A model generated the notes under the pieces. That model worked only from the letters and a program-made list of their open reading frames with translations, did not search any database and had not been told where the DNA came from. From assembly GCF_009914755.1 (NCBI RefSeq), contig NC_060933.1: a DNA stretch of 64,000 bases; one strand, 5' to 3'. This document shows positions 60,301 to 64,000 of this stretch, piece after piece (position 1 is the first letter of the stretch; every line of letters starts with the position of its first letter). The translations under genes were made by a program, and so were the position numbers. This DNA comes from the human T2T-CHM13v2.0 reference genome, Homo sapiens.

Positions 60301-61616
60301 TCTGTGTCACCGCATCCATGCAAAACACTCTGTTAGAAAAAAGACAGGAAGGAAACTGTTCCATCTCACGAGTGAGTCACTGCGGAGGTGGGATTGGAAG
60401 TGATTTTCTCCCCTCTTCCACCTTTCTAAGATTTATAACACGTGTGCTTCCTTTAAACGTGTGTCAGGAAGTGACCTCACTAGGGCATTGTGTCTGGGCA
60501 GGAAGAACCTCAGGACTCCCTGGGTTTACTCATTTGAGCGCCAGCCTCCAGGAGACGGGGCAAAGGGCTGCTCGTCCTCCGTGACCAGGCGGCCCCTCTG
60601 CCTTTGTCTCATGTGTGGTCAACGGGGTGGCTGAAAGGCTCACGTGTTCCTCTAGCCCGGGGGACCTGAGAAACCTGACTGTCACCGTGTCTCTGTAGCC
60701 TAGTCGGTGGCCTGGCAGTGGACAGAGGCCCTGCAGGCCACCAAGGAGGACGGAACCCCGGGGACAGAGGAGGAGCTGCAGTGCGAGGAGTCCAGGCCCT
60801 GACCACAGCCCCACCCTCGGGACACCCCAACCCCTGCACCCTCTGTGCTTGTCTTGGGGCATTCACTTTTCAACTCCATGGAAAATATTGTGACAGTAAC
60901 GTGGGAGCAGCAAGAACCCAAATAAAAGAACGTGTCATTCACGCTGCCTCCCTTTCTCCTGAGCTGCAGGTACCAGCACATCCGGGCACTTTTTCCATGG
61001 TCCGCTGTCCTAATCCTGACTATTTCAGCACCCAGAGAGCAAGCCGAAAACAAAAACACCCATCACCCATGCCCGGCATTAGAAAATCTCATTGGTATAT
61101 GTTCAGATTATTTTAAAAGGAAATTAAACTCACAGATATAGCCAGGAGTAGATGGAGTTTGTGGGGCTTAAAATATACGTAAACTTTAGGGGTTACTTTA
61201 AATAATAATAGCAATATGAATCCAAGTTAGATATGAAAAGAAATATTTATTTGAAGTGATAAAAAATCACAAGGCTCGCACATGAAAAAGCTGATAGGTG
61301 CAATAAACATCACCAAATGGAAGAAAAAAAATTTGATTAGTTACTCCCAGGCATACCTCTATCAAACTTATTTTTTCTATATCTCTTGGCTGCTACCCCT
61401 TGATTACTGCTTCCTATGAAAATAATTTTTCATAAATAGAATGGAAAGGTAACTCAGCCTTCCCGCTGACGTGAGGTTCAGGTTGGTTTCTCATCATCAG
61501 TTGGGGGCTGCGTGACACACGCGGCCGCCGTCACGATGTGCATGTGGTGATGCTGCCACGGGCATCTGCCCCGTAAGCAGCAGCTCCGATCAATTCTCCT
61601 TTGCGAGGTGACCACC

Positions 61617-61948
61617 AAAGGACTGCAGAGCTGGCCGGGGCATTCGTGCGTGTTCATGACCGAGAACTTTTCACACAGAGAGGACTTCCGTCTTGACGAA
61701 GGAGCGCAGAGCTGGCCGGGCATTCGTGCATGTTCATGACCGAGAACTTTTCACACAGAGAGAGAAGACTTGTGTCCTGACGAAGGACCACAGAGCTGGC
61801 CGGGGCATAAATGCCTGTTCATGACCAAGAACTTTTCACACAGAGAGAGAGGACTTCTGTCCTGACGAAGGAGCGCAGAGCTGGCCGGGGGCATACGTGC
61901 GTGCTCATGACCGAGAACTTTTCACAGAGAGAGGACTTCTGTCCTGAC
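61617..61948. repeat. VNTR, 81-85-bp unit, about 4 copies
   Basis: CAGAGCTGGCCGGGGCAT...TTCATGACCGAGAACTTTTCACACAGAG recurs at ~61625, 61706, 61790 and 61875. Confidence 0.93.
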
Positions 61949-62594
61949 ATCTTTATTGTATTATAGATGCGTTTAAGGCTGTAAACTTGAAGTTTATATT
62001 TCTCTTTATGTAACAGTCTCTTCATTGTCGATTCTAGTTTATTGCCTTGTAGCTACAAAGGGCAGGCTCTGCTGCGTTAGTTCTGTGAAGTTCCCCATAT
62101 TGCCTGGTATGTGGCCTATTTTAAAACTATTCCATGTGTATTTAATAAGAATTAGCAACTAAAATTTTTCATTGTAACAATTATAACAATATAATTGTTT
62201 AGCTTTTGAGGCAGTGTCTTTGTATACTTTACAATGTTGGTGCCAAAGCTCCAACATTGCTGTGAACTTTTAACACCCTCGCCCTCTGTTTCTAATGGAG
62301 AAGTTCTGGCGTCTCCCGTTCCGACTGTGTATTTGACCCCTTTGTTCTTCAGTCTGTTTTGGCTTCCTGCATTTTGATGCGGTATGCCTTCACATTCATG
62401 AACATTCGTCTTCTTGTGATTGTGCTTTTAATTGTTTTCATGTTGGCGCCCTTTTCATCTATACTGATGAAAAATAAATCATGCTTTTGTCTAACAGGCT
62501 TGTTTATGTATTTTGAAAATTTATTATCCCTGCCCACCCCTTTCCACTTCCCTCTCCATGCATCGCTATTCTCCCGTGCTTAACGTGCATCTTT

Positions 62595-62747
62595 TTGTTC
62601 ATATGAACCCATGCATGTGGGCACAAGTGTGTTTTGTGTGTGCATTCTTGTTCATATGAACCCATGCGTGTGGGCACAAGTGTGTTTTGTGTGCATTCTT
62701 GTTCGTATGAACCCATGCATGTGGGCACAAGTGTGTTTTGTGTGCAT
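62595..62747. repeat. Tandem repeat, 51-53-bp unit, 3 copies
   Basis: TTGTTCATATGAACCCATGCATGTGGGCACAAGTGTGTTTTGTGTGCATT repeated. Confidence 0.92.
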
Positions 62748-62916
62748 TTAGCACTCTTTAAATATGCACTGAAACAGAACCTTTCCCCCACCATCAAAGT
62801 CTGCACCATTTGTGTTTGTACAGCCAGCAGGTAGTTTGCCTTGCTGACATCATTTATCCCCCTGACCTCGGTCTCCTATAGACTTGCTAAAATTCTCCCT
62901 TTCAAATTTCCTTTGA

Positions 62917-63336
<420 letters not shown>

Positions 63337-63699
63337 TAAATGTGATTTCTCCCGGGTCTGTTAAAGACGTCACTCCACTGTCTTCCGGAAGGCAGCGTTG
63401 CTATTGAGAGGTCTGCCATCAGTCCACATCCGCTTTTATGGTATGTAGTGTGGCTCTTCTTTCTGGTCATTTTGACTTTTTTTCTCCTTTCCTGGATGAT
63501 CTGCATTTCACTGTAATATTCTAGGAGTGGATTTCTCAATTTTGATCATTCCTTGGTAATTTAGATCTGGGGTGTCATCTTCATGTCTTTTCAATTCTGA
63601 AGAATTCTGAGCTATTCTGTTGCTTTGTTGCCATTTTAGAAAATGTTTTTCTTTCAGAACTCCTATTCTGTTTATATTGGAACCTCCTGATCTATTCTC

Positions 63700-63945
63700 C
63701 ATGTGTGTTAACTTTGTGCATGTGTGTGCATGTGTGTATGTGTGTGAGTGTGCATGTGTGTGTGTATGTGTGCATGTATGTGCATGTATGTATGAATGAA
63801 TGGTGTGTGCACGCGTGTATGTCTGCGTGTGTATGTGGGTGTGCATGTGTATGGGTTTGTGTGCATTTGTATGTGTGCACATGTGTGTGTGTGCATGTGT
63901 GTGTGCGTGTGTGTGCATGTGTGTGTGTATATCTCTGTGTGTTGT
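63700..63945. repeat. Degenerate (TG)n/(TGCA/TGTA) microsatellite
   Basis: Alternating purine-pyrimidine run seen directly. Confidence 0.92.
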
Positions 63946-64000
63946 GTTTTCAGAGCTGCTGCACTCTAGTTGGTTTCCTCCACTCATTTTATTACTAGCT

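Noticed and set aside
61617-61948. Repeat array superficially CRISPR-like
   Set aside because: Whole units are repeated with no unique spacers, there are no cas genes, and the context is human; it is a VNTR.
63508-63998. His/Thr- and Cys/Val-rich ORFs
   Set aside because: Translations of the (TG)n microsatellite.

Overview
Human (primate) genomic DNA, GC-rich and Alu-dense. I recognise it from the encoded proteins as the 9q34.3 PPP1R26-PIERCE1(C9orf116)-MRPS2 cluster; this is from memory, with no database search. Three protein-coding genes can be reconstructed with open frames. PPP1R26/KIAA0649 (+) has its entire 1209-aa CDS in one exon (28584-32213). PIERCE1 (-) has 3 coding exons and 136 aa, and MRPS2 (+) has 4 coding exons and 296 aa, both with GT-AG junctions. 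PIERCE1 and MRPS2 share a CpG-island bidirectional promoter. A second CpG island (~22.9-24.9 kb) drives PPP1R26 and probably an antisense lncRNA. The rest is about 30 Alus, L1/L2 fossils, three ERV1-class solo LTRs and several tandem repeats. I found no wholly new gene system. The best second-look items are: (1) a roughly 150-aa-spaced, six-fold repeated acidic-serine plus amphipathic-helix motif in PPP1R26, alongside LxCxE and RVxF motifs; (2) an RFX X-box next to a perfect CLEAR/E-box at the PIERCE1 start; (3) an in-frame upstream ATG that would put an acidic extension before the MRPS2 presequence; (4) two independently inserted Alus that appear homogenised by gene conversion; (5) a ~45-bp L1 insertion with an intact target-site duplication.
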